Shown here in pieces: positions 18,371 through 26,974 of a stretch of 64,000 bases of DNA. Numbering within the stretch: position 1 is the first letter of the stretch; every line of letters starts with the position of its first letter. The translations under genes and the position numbers were made by a program. Below the pieces are notes generated by a model, which worked only from the letters and a program-made list of their open reading frames with translations, ran no database searches and was not told the origin of the DNA. Origin of the DNA: Spirochaetales bacterium (GTDB lineage: Bacteria; Spirochaetota; Spirochaetia; Treponematales; UBA12059); contig JAFGJV010000004.1 of assembly GCA_016928955.1 (NCBI GenBank), positions 323,736-387,735 on the forward strand, read 5' to 3'.

Positions 18371-18383
18371 CAAACGGGTTCTG

Positions 18384-18412
18384 ATGACAAAGGCCGTCTC
18401 CCGGGGTATAGT
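18384..18412 (+). promoter_or_regulatory. Putative recA promoter
   Basis: ATGACA-17 nt-TATAGT. Confidence 0.6.
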
Positions 18413-18505
18413 GCTCCTACCGCGGCCAAACGCAAGCGCCCAGCGCCCGCCGGACGTATAGATCCGCGGCGACGGAACCACACGAAACCCCGCCAGGAGG
18501 AAACC

Positions 18506-19693
18506 ATGGCCAAAACGGATACGCATCCCAGCACCGGTGAGGAAAAACTCAAAGCCCTGGAAGCTGCCCGGCTCCAGATAGAAAAGCAATACGGGGTGGG
18601 CTCCCTCATGAAGCTCGGCGCGAATGAGAATTCGCTCGCCATAGACTCCGTTCCTTCAGGATCCATTCTCCTTGACGAGGCGCTCGGTGTCGGCGGCTAT
18701 CCGCGCGGCCGCATCATAGAGATATACGGCCCGGAATCCTCGGGCAAGACCACCCTGGCCCTTCACGCCATAGCGGAGTGCCAGAAAAAGGGTGGCATAG
18801 CAGCCTTCATAGACGCTGAGCACGCCCTGGATCCGGTATACGCCAAGAACCTCGGCGTCAACACGGACGACCTGTGGGTATCCCAGCCTGACAACGGCGA
18901 GCAGGCTCTTGAGATAGCCGAGTCGCTCATACGCTCAGGCGCCGTGGACATCATCGTGGTGGACTCCGTGGCCGCGCTCACCCCACAGGCGGAAATCGAG
19001 GGCGACATGGGCGACGCCCATGTTGGCCTCCAGGCCCGTCTCATGAGCCAGGCGTTGCGCAAACTGACCGCTACCATTGGCAAATCCAAGTCCATACTGG
19101 TCTTCATCAACCAGATACGCATGAAAATCGGCGTTATGTTCGGCAACCCCGAGACCACCACGGGCGGAAACGCCCTGAAATTCTACTCGTCGGTCCGTCT
19201 GGAGGTCCGCCGCATAGAAACCATAGAACGGGGCGACGACGAGGCCGTGGGCAACAAGGTGCGCGTCAAGGTCGTCAAAAACAAGGTGGCTCCGCCCTTC
19301 CGCCGGGTCGAGCTCGAGATCATGTTCGGCAAAGGCATATCGGCGTCGGGCAGCCTGGTGGACGCGGCCGTCAAATGCGGCATCGTGGACAAAAAAGGCG
19401 CCTGGTACACCTACGGGGAGGAAAAGCTGGGGCAGGGCAGGGAGAACGTCAAGCTGAACCTGGAACAGAATCCCGACCTGGCGGCCGAACTCGAGGCCAA
19501 GTCCCGCGCCATCATGTTCCCCGGTAAGGACGTCAAGGCCAGTGACAAAAATGCCGACAAACCTGCCGCGGCCACCGCTACCAGCGCCGCCGAACCGGCA
19601 CCCAAGACCCTTACCAAGGCAGCAGAAACGGCCCAGCCGAAACAGGCCAAAGCCGCACAAGCGGCGGATCCCAACGAGGACGGGCTGTTCTGA
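18506..19693 (+). CDS. recA: Recombinase A with a long Ala/Lys/Pro-rich C-terminal tail
   Basis: [27 protein letters not shown] and GGNALKFY motifs. AGGAGG SD. Confidence 0.99.
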   Translation: MAKTDTHPSTGEEKLKALEAARLQIEKQYGVGSLMKLGANENSLAIDSVPSGSILLDEALGVGGYPRGRIIEIYGPESSGKTTLALHAIAECQKKGGIAAFIDAEHALDPVYAKNLGVNTDDLWVSQPDNGEQALEIAESLIRSGAVDIIVVDSVAALTPQAEIEGDMGDAHVGLQARLMSQALRKLTATIGKSKSILVFINQIRMKIGVMFGNPETTTGGNALKFYSSVRLEVRRIETIERGDDEAVGNKVRVKVVKNKVAPPFRRVELEIMFGKGISASGSLVDAAVKCGIVDKKGAWYTYGEEKLGQGRENVKLNLEQNPDLAAELEAKSRAIMFPGKDVKASDKNADKPAAATATSAAEPAPKTLTKAAETAQPKQAKAAQAADPNEDGLF

Positions 19694-20208
19694 CCCCTGT
19701 CTACCTGAGCCTCGGCTCGAACACGGGCGACAGCATGACCCTACTCGCGTCCGCCGTACACGCGTTATCCGGCCTTCTGGACGTCCTGCGCGTGTCGCCC
19801 CTGTACCGATCCAGCCCGCGCTATGTGCTGGACCAGCCGGATTTTCTCAATCTGGTTGTTGGGGGCGGCACGGACCTGGCTCCGGACGAGCTCCTGGACG
19901 CTACCCAGGCCATAGAGGCCGCCCACGGCAGGGACAGGTCCAAGGAGCGGCATAAGGGCCCGCGTACCCTTGACATAGACCTTGTCCTGTACGGCGACCG
20001 GGTCATACGGTCGGGCAGGCTGACCGTGCCCCATCCGGGCCTGACAGAGCGAGCCTTTGTGCTCGTACCGCTGCTTGACCTGGCCCCGGATATGGTCCAT
20101 CCGGAGACCGGAAGGCCCTTACGCGACTATTCGCGGGCCGTGGAAGGGCAGGGGATTTACCTTCACGGCGACGGGCGGCTATACTCGGGACCATCCGGAC
20201 GGGCATGA
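19690..20208 (+). CDS. folK: 2-amino-4-hydroxy-6-hydroxymethyldihydropteridine diphosphokinase (probable CTG start)
   Basis: [15 protein letters not shown] and RAFVLVPL motifs. The conserved YLSLGSN lies upstream of the first ATG (19735). Confidence 0.9.
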   Translation: MTPVYLSLGSNTGDSMTLLASAVHALSGLLDVLRVSPLYRSSPRYVLDQPDFLNLVVGGGTDLAPDELLDATQAIEAAHGRDRSKERHKGPRTLDIDLVLYGDRVIRSGRLTVPHPGLTERAFVLVPLLDLAPDMVHPETGRPLRDYSRAVEGQGIYLHGDGRLYSGPSGRA

Positions 20209-20978
20209 TGCAAGAAACCATAGACACCTCACCGGAAGCTCCCGCCTCAGGCAGGAGTTTCCGGCTCAACGACTTTGAGGGACCACTGGACCTCCTTCTG
20301 TTCCTCATCAAGAAGAACGAGGTGAGCGTCTACGACATACCCATCAGTTCCATAACCGAGCAGTTCCTGGCCGTGCTGGACTCGGCTGACGGCCTTGAGC
20401 TGGACGACCTCACGGAATTCTACGCCCTGGCGGCCACGCTCCTGTACATCAAAAGCCGCATGCTCCTCCCGGTTGAAGTCAACCTAGACGACGAAATCGA
20501 GGACCCCAGGCGCGACCTCGTGGACAAGCTGATCGAGTACCAGAAGTTCAAGAAACTGTCCGAGCTCATGGAACAGCGCGAGGCCGAGGTTGAGTGGACC
20601 ATAGAACGGCGGAAGATGCAGCGCGCCCTCCCGTTCGCTGACGACAACCTGTGGCAGGAAATCGACGTCTGGGACCTCCTCAAGTCCTTCTCGTCGCTCA
20701 TAGGCGGCATATCCAGCGAGCGCGTGATGGACCTGTACGAGGAAGTGTCCATCAACGAGAAGACCACGCTTATCAACGAGCTGCTGGAGTCCAGGGAATC
20801 GTTCAGCTTCCACGACCTCATCACGCGGCCGGGCTCCGTGCTCGACATCGTGTGCGCCTTCCTTGCCATCCTGGAGGCGGTGAAATTCCGCCTCATATCC
20901 ATACGCCAGCATCGCCTGTTCGGCGACATTCAAATCCGTGCGCACGGCAAGCGGGGAGCCAGTGGAACTGAATCTTGA
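20205..20978 (+). CDS. scpA: Segregation/condensation protein A
   Basis: FEGPLDLLLFLI, IKSRMLLP and FLAILE motifs. Confidence 0.95.
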   Translation: MMQETIDTSPEAPASGRSFRLNDFEGPLDLLLFLIKKNEVSVYDIPISSITEQFLAVLDSADGLELDDLTEFYALAATLLYIKSRMLLPVEVNLDDEIEDPRRDLVDKLIEYQKFKKLSELMEQREAEVEWTIERRKMQRALPFADDNLWQEIDVWDLLKSFSSLIGGISSERVMDLYEEVSINEKTTLINELLESRESFSFHDLITRPGSVLDIVCAFLAILEAVKFRLISIRQHRLFGDIQIRAHGKRGASGTES

Positions 20979-21513
20979 CAAGGAAGCGGCGCTTTTAGAG
21001 ACCATCCTCTTCCTCGAATCGGAGCCCATGGACGAGGCGGGCCTGTCACGCGCCAGCGGCCTGTCAAAGGACGTGGTGGAAGCCGCTATGGAACACCTCA
21101 AGGACGTCATGACCGGCGACTCCCACGGGCTTGAGCCCGTGAGGGTTGGCGGCGGCTGGATGCTTGCGCCTAAAAGCGAACTGTGGGAAGTACTGCGCGA
21201 GCGCTACGGCCGCAAGAACGAGCAGCGCATGTCCAAGGCCGCCCTCGAGACCCTATCCATCATAGCGTACTCCCAGCCGATCACGCGCGCCGAGATAGAG
21301 GCCATACGGGGCGTCGCCGCCGACAACATGATACGCTTCCTCCTCGAGAAGGAATTCATCAAGGAGGTCGGCAAGAAGGAAGCTCCCGGCCGGCCCATCC
21401 AGTACGGCACGACCAAAGAATTCCTGAAGTTCTTCCGGCTCAGCAGCATAGCCGAACTGCCCAAGCTCGACGAGTTGGACAGGGAGCGTTTCGAGCTGGA
21501 GGGCGACGCTTGA
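20962..21513 (+). CDS. scpB: SMC-Scp complex subunit ScpB
   Basis: SKAALETLSIIAYSQPITRAEIEAIRGV and PGRPIQYGTTKEFL motifs. Confidence 0.95.
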   Translation: MELNLDKEAALLETILFLESEPMDEAGLSRASGLSKDVVEAAMEHLKDVMTGDSHGLEPVRVGGGWMLAPKSELWEVLRERYGRKNEQRMSKAALETLSIIAYSQPITRAEIEAIRGVAADNMIRFLLEKEFIKEVGKKEAPGRPIQYGTTKEFLKFFRLSSIAELPKLDELDRERFELEGDA

Positions 21514-22292
21514 GCGACGGGGAAGCTACACCGGACGACGGACGGGCAGGTACCAGGCTCCAGGCAGTCCTTGCCCGGGCCGGCGTGGCCTCCAGGCGCT
21601 CCGCCGAGAAACTCATCCTGGCCGGCAGGGTCAGCGTGAACGGCCAGGTGGTAACCCAGCTCGGCACACGGGTGTCTCCGGACGACCAGCTGTTGCTTGA
21701 CGGCCAGCCTATCCAGCCGGAAGCCTGCGTGCTCCGGCTGGTGCTGAACAAGCCTCCCGGCTACCTGTGCGCCATGTCGGACCCCCACGGCCGCCCTCTG
21801 GCCTCATCGCTCTTCCTGCCCGACATACCTGAGCGGGTGTACCACGTGGGAAGGCTGGACATGTACTCCTGTGGCCTGGTCATGTACACCAACGACGGAG
21901 ACTTTGCGGCCAAGGCGGGCCATCCCTCGTACGGGCTCATCAAGGAATACGAGGTCGAGACGGACGGCCGCCTGCACCCGGATTTTGGGACAGCCTTCGA
22001 AAAAGGCCTTGCGGAGGGCGGAGAGATCCTGAAGGCGGAGAGGGTAGAGGTCCACGGCCTCAGGCGCTGCTCGGTCTGGCTGGCAGAGGGCCGCAACCGC
22101 GAGATTCGCAGGGCCTTGAGCCTTTACCGCCTCCACGCCAGGGTACTCAGGCGCGTGGCCATAGGCCCCGTGCGCATCGGAGATCTGCCCGAAGGCTCCT
22201 GGAGGCGCCTGTCGGAGGCCGAGGAAGCCGAGCTTGACAGAATTTTCTCCGCCGCGCGCGGGGCGGGCGGCAGGAGGGGAGGACGCACATGA
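21510..22292 (+). CDS. rluB: rRNA pseudouridine synthase (RluB/RsuA family, S4 domain)
   Basis: LARAGVASRR, LNKPPG, VGRLD and EGRNREIRR motifs. TTG start overlaps the scpB stop, with GGAGG SD. Confidence 0.9.
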   Translation: MSDGEATPDDGRAGTRLQAVLARAGVASRRSAEKLILAGRVSVNGQVVTQLGTRVSPDDQLLLDGQPIQPEACVLRLVLNKPPGYLCAMSDPHGRPLASSLFLPDIPERVYHVGRLDMYSCGLVMYTNDGDFAAKAGHPSYGLIKEYEVETDGRLHPDFGTAFEKGLAEGGEILKAERVEVHGLRRCSVWLAEGRNREIRRALSLYRLHARVLRRVAIGPVRIGDLPEGSWRRLSEAEEAELDRIFSAARGAGGRRGGRT

Positions 22293-24658
22293 TCGTCGCC
22301 ATGGATGGTCCGGCCGGCACCGGCAAGAGCACCCTGGCCAGGCTCGTCGCGGAGCGGGCGGGCTTTACCTACGTGAACTCTGGCAGCCTGTACAGGGCGG
22401 TCACCCTGGCCGTACTGCGGGCGGGCCTGGATATCGGCGACCAAGAGGGCATAACGCGCCTGGCGGAAGGCTTGGACCTGGATTACCGTGACGGGCTCCT
22501 GCACCTGAACGGCGAAAACGTGGAGAGCCTCCTCCGGTCGGACCAGGTCGAGGCCGCGGTTGCCAGGCTGTCGGCCATCGTGCCTGTCCGGCATGTGGTC
22601 AACGGGCACCTCCGCCGCCTGGCCCAGGGTCGAGACGCCGTGGTGGAGGGCAGGGACATATGCACGGTGGTCTTCCCGGACGCCGAGCTCAAGTTCTTCA
22701 TAGACGCCAGCGTTGAAGCCAGGGCACAGAGGCGCTTTGCCCAGGGCACCAGCTCCCTCAGCCTGGACGAGATACGCGCCGCGATAGAGGATCGCGACCG
22801 GATAGACAGGAACAAGGCCGAAGGCAGCCTCAAAAAGGCTGATGACGCCATCTATTTGGATACGTCGTACTTGACCATAGATGAAGTTTATGAGAAAGTG
22901 TCCGGGAAAATCCAACAGCAAGGGAACCGTATGGGCAAGGAAGTGGAAATGGACGCCGCTGCACCCTCCGCAGACAGCATCCAGACACAGTTACAGGAAC
23001 AGTATCTTAAATCCATGGGCCAACTGGAGGAGGGTGACCTGGTCGAGGGTCATGTGGTCCAGGTCGCCAGCGACTGCGTCTTCGTGGACGTCGGCGCCAA
23101 GAGCGAGGGCAAGATCCCTCTTTCGGAGTTCTCCGAGCCTCCCAAGGTCGGGGATGTCGTGACCGTGGTCCTCATGAAGAAGGAAACCCGGTCCGGCGAG
23201 ACCTACGTGTCCAAATCCAAGGCGGACGAGAAAGTCCACTGGCGAAATATCCAGAACGCCCACAAGAACCACGAAACCGTGGAAGGCGTCATAGCCAAGG
23301 AAATCAAGGGCGGCTTCGAGGTGACCCTTGGCCACGGGCTCAGGGCCTTCTTGCCCGTCTCCAAGGCTGACGTGCAGCGCGTTGAGACAGGCGACTACCT
23401 CATCGGCAAGAAGTCCAAGTTCTACCTGGAACGGCTGTACTCCGACAAGCGCGTCAACATCGTGGTCAACCGCCGCGAGTGGCTTGAGGAAGAGGTCAAG
23501 GCCCGCCGCGAGCAGTTCTTCTCCACCGTCCAGATTGGCGACACCGTCAAGGGCGAGGTGAAGAGTTTCACCAGCTTTGGCGCGTTCATAGATCTTGGCG
23601 GGTTTGACGGCCTCCTGCACATCAACGACATGAGCTGGGGCCACGTGACCAAGCCCAAGGACTTTGTCAAAAAGGGCCAGGAAATCGAGCTCAAGGTCAT
23701 CAAGATCGACCCGGAAGAGGGCCGCATCAACCTGTCGCTCAAGCACTTCTCGCAGGATCCCTGGGAGACTTTCGAGGAACGCTACCACCTGGACGCCGTT
23801 GTCAACGGCAAGGTGACCAAGCTGACCGACTACGGCGCCTTCATCGAGCTCGAGGAAGGCATCGAGGGCCTTGCCCACATATCCGAGTTCTCTTGGGTCA
23901 AGCGCGTCAAGCGCCCGGACGAGATGCTCAAGATCGGCGACTCAGTCGAGTGCATGATCCTGGGCTACGACCTGGACCAGCAGAAGGTGTCCCTGGGCCT
24001 CCGCCAGGTCCACGAGAACCCCTGGACCACCATAGACAGCCGCTACCCCGTGAACACCAAACTGACCCGCAAGGTCGTCAAGATCACCGGCGCCGGCGCC
24101 TTCATCGAGCTGGAAGACGGCATAGACGGCTTTCTGCCCGCTGAGGAGCTGTCCTGGACCAAGAAGGTCAGGAACGCAGGTTCCGAGGTGCAGGTGGGCG
24201 AGGACATCGAGGTCATGGTCATCGAGAACCAGCCCGAGGACCGCTCTATCCGCCTGTCCGTCCGCCGCCTGTCCGACGATCCCTGGGTGGCCTTTGGCGC
24301 CACGTACCGCGTGGGCACGGTGCTCGACGGCACCGTATCGTCCATCACGGACTTCGGCGTGTTCGTCAAGGTGCCCGGCAACCTGGAAGGCCTTGTCAAC
24401 AAGGCCAACCTGAGCGACGGTCGCGAGGAGGACTTCGAGACCGCGGTCAAGAAGTACGAGGTGGGTTCGCCCATCAAGGTGGTTATCACGGAGCTGATGC
24501 CCGACCGGCAGAAGCTGTCGCTGTCCGTCCGCGACCTCGCCAGGCGCGAGCAGCAGGCGGAGATGTCCCGCTTCATGGACGAGGGCTCGGGCAATGAGGG
24601 CTTCACCCTCGGTGACCTGCTCAAAGAGAAGAAGGACAGCTCCCGGAAGAACCCCTAA
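22289..24658 (+). CDS. cmk-rpsA: Cytidylate kinase / 30S ribosomal protein S1 fusion
   Basis: DGPAGTGKST and EGRDI (Cmk), followed in frame by multiple S1 repeats (FGAFIDLGGFDGLLHI etc.). Confidence 0.95.
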   Translation: MIVAMDGPAGTGKSTLARLVAERAGFTYVNSGSLYRAVTLAVLRAGLDIGDQEGITRLAEGLDLDYRDGLLHLNGENVESLLRSDQVEAAVARLSAIVPVRHVVNGHLRRLAQGRDAVVEGRDICTVVFPDAELKFFIDASVEARAQRRFAQGTSSLSLDEIRAAIEDRDRIDRNKAEGSLKKADDAIYLDTSYLTIDEVYEKVSGKIQQQGNRMGKEVEMDAAAPSADSIQTQLQEQYLKSMGQLEEGDLVEGHVVQVASDCVFVDVGAKSEGKIPLSEFSEPPKVGDVVTVVLMKKETRSGETYVSKSKADEKVHWRNIQNAHKNHETVEGVIAKEIKGGFEVTLGHGLRAFLPVSKADVQRVETGDYLIGKKSKFYLERLYSDKRVNIVVNRREWLEEEVKARREQFFSTVQIGDTVKGEVKSFTSFGAFIDLGGFDGLLHINDMSWGHVTKPKDFVKKGQEIELKVIKIDPEEGRINLSLKHFSQDPWETFEERYHLDAVVNGKVTKLTDYGAFIELEEGIEGLAHISEFSWVKRVKRPDEMLKIGDSVECMILGYDLDQQKVSLGLRQVHENPWTTIDSRYPVNTKLTRKVVKITGAGAFIELEDGIDGFLPAEELSWTKKVRNAGSEVQVGEDIEVMVIENQPEDRSIRLSVRRLSDDPWVAFGATYRVGTVLDGTVSSITDFGVFVKVPGNLEGLVNKANLSDGREEDFETAVKKYEVGSPIKVVITELMPDRQKLSLSVRDLARREQQAEMSRFMDEGSGNEGFTLGDLLKEKKDSSRKNP

Positions 24659-24664
24659 ACGGCC

Positions 24665-26176
24665 ATGCTGGACCGTATCGATCCCGACAAGTTCGCAACG
24701 CTTATCGAGATCAATACGCTCATAAACTCCAACTACGGTGACGCCACGGCGCTCCTGACTCATATTATCGAGTCGGCGACGCGGCTCACCGAGGGGGAGG
24801 CATCCTCCCTCGTCCTCAAGAACGAGGACGACGGGAGGCTGTATTTCGAGATAGCCCTTGGCCCCAAGGGGCGCGAGGTCAAGCGTTTTTCCCTCAGCTC
24901 CGGAGAAGGTATAGCCGGCTGGGTGGCCGAGCGCGGCCAGTCCCTGATCGTCAACGACGTCGAGACCGACTCCAGGTTCTACGGCGACATATCCAAATCC
25001 ATAGGCTTTCCCACCTACAGCATCCTGGCCGTACCCATGCTCGTGCGCGACCGCTGCGTGGGCGTCATCGAGATCATCAACAAAAAGGGCATGAAGTATT
25101 TCACCCAGCTGGACCTCCAGTGGTTGGAAATGTTCGCCACCCAGGCAGCCATAGCCATTGAGAACGCCCGCTACCTGGAAAAAGCCAAACAGGAGATCGG
25201 TTTCCTTAGGGACCAGATCACCAACGACCAGGGCTACCACGTCATGGTGGCCAAAAGTCCCGACATCCTGGAAAAGCTCGAGCTCATAGAGCGCGTCGCC
25301 AAAACGGACTCGTCCGTGCTGATTCTGGGCGAAAGCGGCGTGGGCAAGGAGCTGTTCGCCGAGCAGGTGCACCTGAAAAGCCACCGAACCGGCAAACCTT
25401 TCATACGGGTGAACTGCGCGGCCCTGCCGGAAGGCCTTCTGGAAAGCGAGCTTTTTGGCCACGTCAAGGGAGCCTTTACCGACGCCATTCAGAACCGGCG
25501 AGGGCGCTTCGAGCTGGCTGACGGAGGCACCATTTTCCTGGACGAGATAGGGGAGGTACCCCTGCGCCTGCAGGCCAAGCTCCTGCGGGTCATCCAGCAG
25601 AAAACCTTCGAGCCCGTCGGATCCTCAGACACCATGACCGTTGACGTGCGCATCGTCGCCGCCACCAACCGCGACATAGACGCCCTGGTCAAGCGCGGGG
25701 AGTTCCGCTCGGACCTATACTACCGCCTGAACGTGCTACCCATATACATACCGCCCCTGAGGCAGCGTAAGGAAGACATACCGGCCCTGGCTGATTTCTT
25801 CCTCAAGAAATTCTGCCGCGAGACCAAGAAACAGCTGTCCGGCTTTACGGACGCGGCCATGGAGCACATGCTTTCGTACTCGTGGCCGGGCAACGTACGC
25901 GAGCTTGAGAACGCCGTGGAGCGGGCAGTGGTCATAGCCAAGGAACACACCATAGGCCACAAGGACCTGTTGATCGGCTCATCGGGATCCGGCCAGGACG
26001 AGTACCGCGGGAAAAACCTCAAGGAAGCCCTGACCATATTCAAAAAGCATTTCATAGCCAATGCCCTGGAAGAAAACCTGTGGAAACAGACCGAGACCGC
26101 AAAGGTGCTGGACATCCAGCGCACCTACCTGTCGCGGCTCATCAAGGAACTGGAAATAGTACCCCCCAAGGAGTGA
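24665..26176 (+). CDS. GAF-domain sigma54-dependent transcriptional activator (Fis-type HTH)
   Basis: GEGIAGWV GAF region, GESGVGKE, ESELFGHVKGAFTDA, FLDEIGE and WPGNVREL motifs, plus a C-terminal HTH. Confidence 0.93.
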   Translation: MLDRIDPDKFATLIEINTLINSNYGDATALLTHIIESATRLTEGEASSLVLKNEDDGRLYFEIALGPKGREVKRFSLSSGEGIAGWVAERGQSLIVNDVETDSRFYGDISKSIGFPTYSILAVPMLVRDRCVGVIEIINKKGMKYFTQLDLQWLEMFATQAAIAIENARYLEKAKQEIGFLRDQITNDQGYHVMVAKSPDILEKLELIERVAKTDSSVLILGESGVGKELFAEQVHLKSHRTGKPFIRVNCAALPEGLLESELFGHVKGAFTDAIQNRRGRFELADGGTIFLDEIGEVPLRLQAKLLRVIQQKTFEPVGSSDTMTVDVRIVAATNRDIDALVKRGEFRSDLYYRLNVLPIYIPPLRQRKEDIPALADFFLKKFCRETKKQLSGFTDAAMEHMLSYSWPGNVRELENAVERAVVIAKEHTIGHKDLLIGSSGSGQDEYRGKNLKEALTIFKKHFIANALEENLWKQTETAKVLDIQRTYLSRLIKELEIVPPKE

Positions 26177-26181
26177 GCATC

Positions 26182-26898
26182 ATGAGTGCAGTAGAGAAGA
26201 AGACCAAGGCGTCCGAGCAGGGGTCAGACGCTGGCGCGCTGTTCGTGGAACGTTTGACGGATTTCCTGCGCAGGAGCAGGGTGGCCCTTTTGGTCGTCGC
26301 CGCCATTTTTGTGGTGGCCCTCGTGTCCGCCGGCGTGGTGAGCGCCGTACGCCAGGACCGTCTTGCCAAATCGTCGGCCGCCATGGACAGCCTGGACGCG
26401 GCCTACGACGACTGGCTTGCCCTGGCCGAGGACGCCCGGCCGTCCGCCAGCGCCAGCCTGCTTGCAGACGCAGCCGCCGTTGCCGAGGGTTATGACGGCA
26501 TGTACGCCGAACTCCGCGCCCACCTGGTGCAGGCCCGCGTCCACTATATCCTCAAGGATTACGCGTCCGCGGAAAAGGCCTTCCTGGCCGTCACCGACGC
26601 AGATCCCGATTCCCACCTGGCCCTGGTAAGCCTGGCCAACGCGTCGGCCATGGCCGAGGAACGCGGCGACAAGGAAGCCGCCCTGGCCCACCTCAGCCGC
26701 GCGGAGAAAGACTATCCGGCCGCCGCAGGCCTTGCCAGAATTCGCTTCAACATAGGCCGTATCTATGAGGAGACCAAGCAGTACGACAAGGCCATGTCAG
26801 CCTACGGCGCCTTGGCCGCCCTGCCTGAGGAAAGCGATTGGACAAAGCTTGCCCGCGACCGTATAATCTACCTCAGGTCCCTGGGCCTGGCTCAGTAA
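26182..26898 (+). CDS. Membrane-anchored tetratricopeptide repeat protein (YfgM-like)
   Basis: Single TM helix followed by TPR-like helices. AAGGAG SD. Confidence 0.75.
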   Translation: MSAVEKKTKASEQGSDAGALFVERLTDFLRRSRVALLVVAAIFVVALVSAGVVSAVRQDRLAKSSAAMDSLDAAYDDWLALAEDARPSASASLLADAAAVAEGYDGMYAELRAHLVQARVHYILKDYASAEKAFLAVTDADPDSHLALVSLANASAMAEERGDKEAALAHLSRAEKDYPAAAGLARIRFNIGRIYEETKQYDKAMSAYGALAALPEESDWTKLARDRIIYLRSLGLAQ

Positions 26899-26929
26899 CC
26901 AGGGCGAGCCCGGCTCGCTGTATACCCAG

Positions 26930-26956
26930 CCCGGCCTGAACAAGGCCGGGTTTTTT
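26930..26956 (+). terminator. Rho-independent terminator
   Basis: CCCGGCCT-GAACA-AGGCCGGG followed by TTTTTT. Confidence 0.75.
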
Positions 26957-26974
26957 GCTATTCGGAGGATCTCG

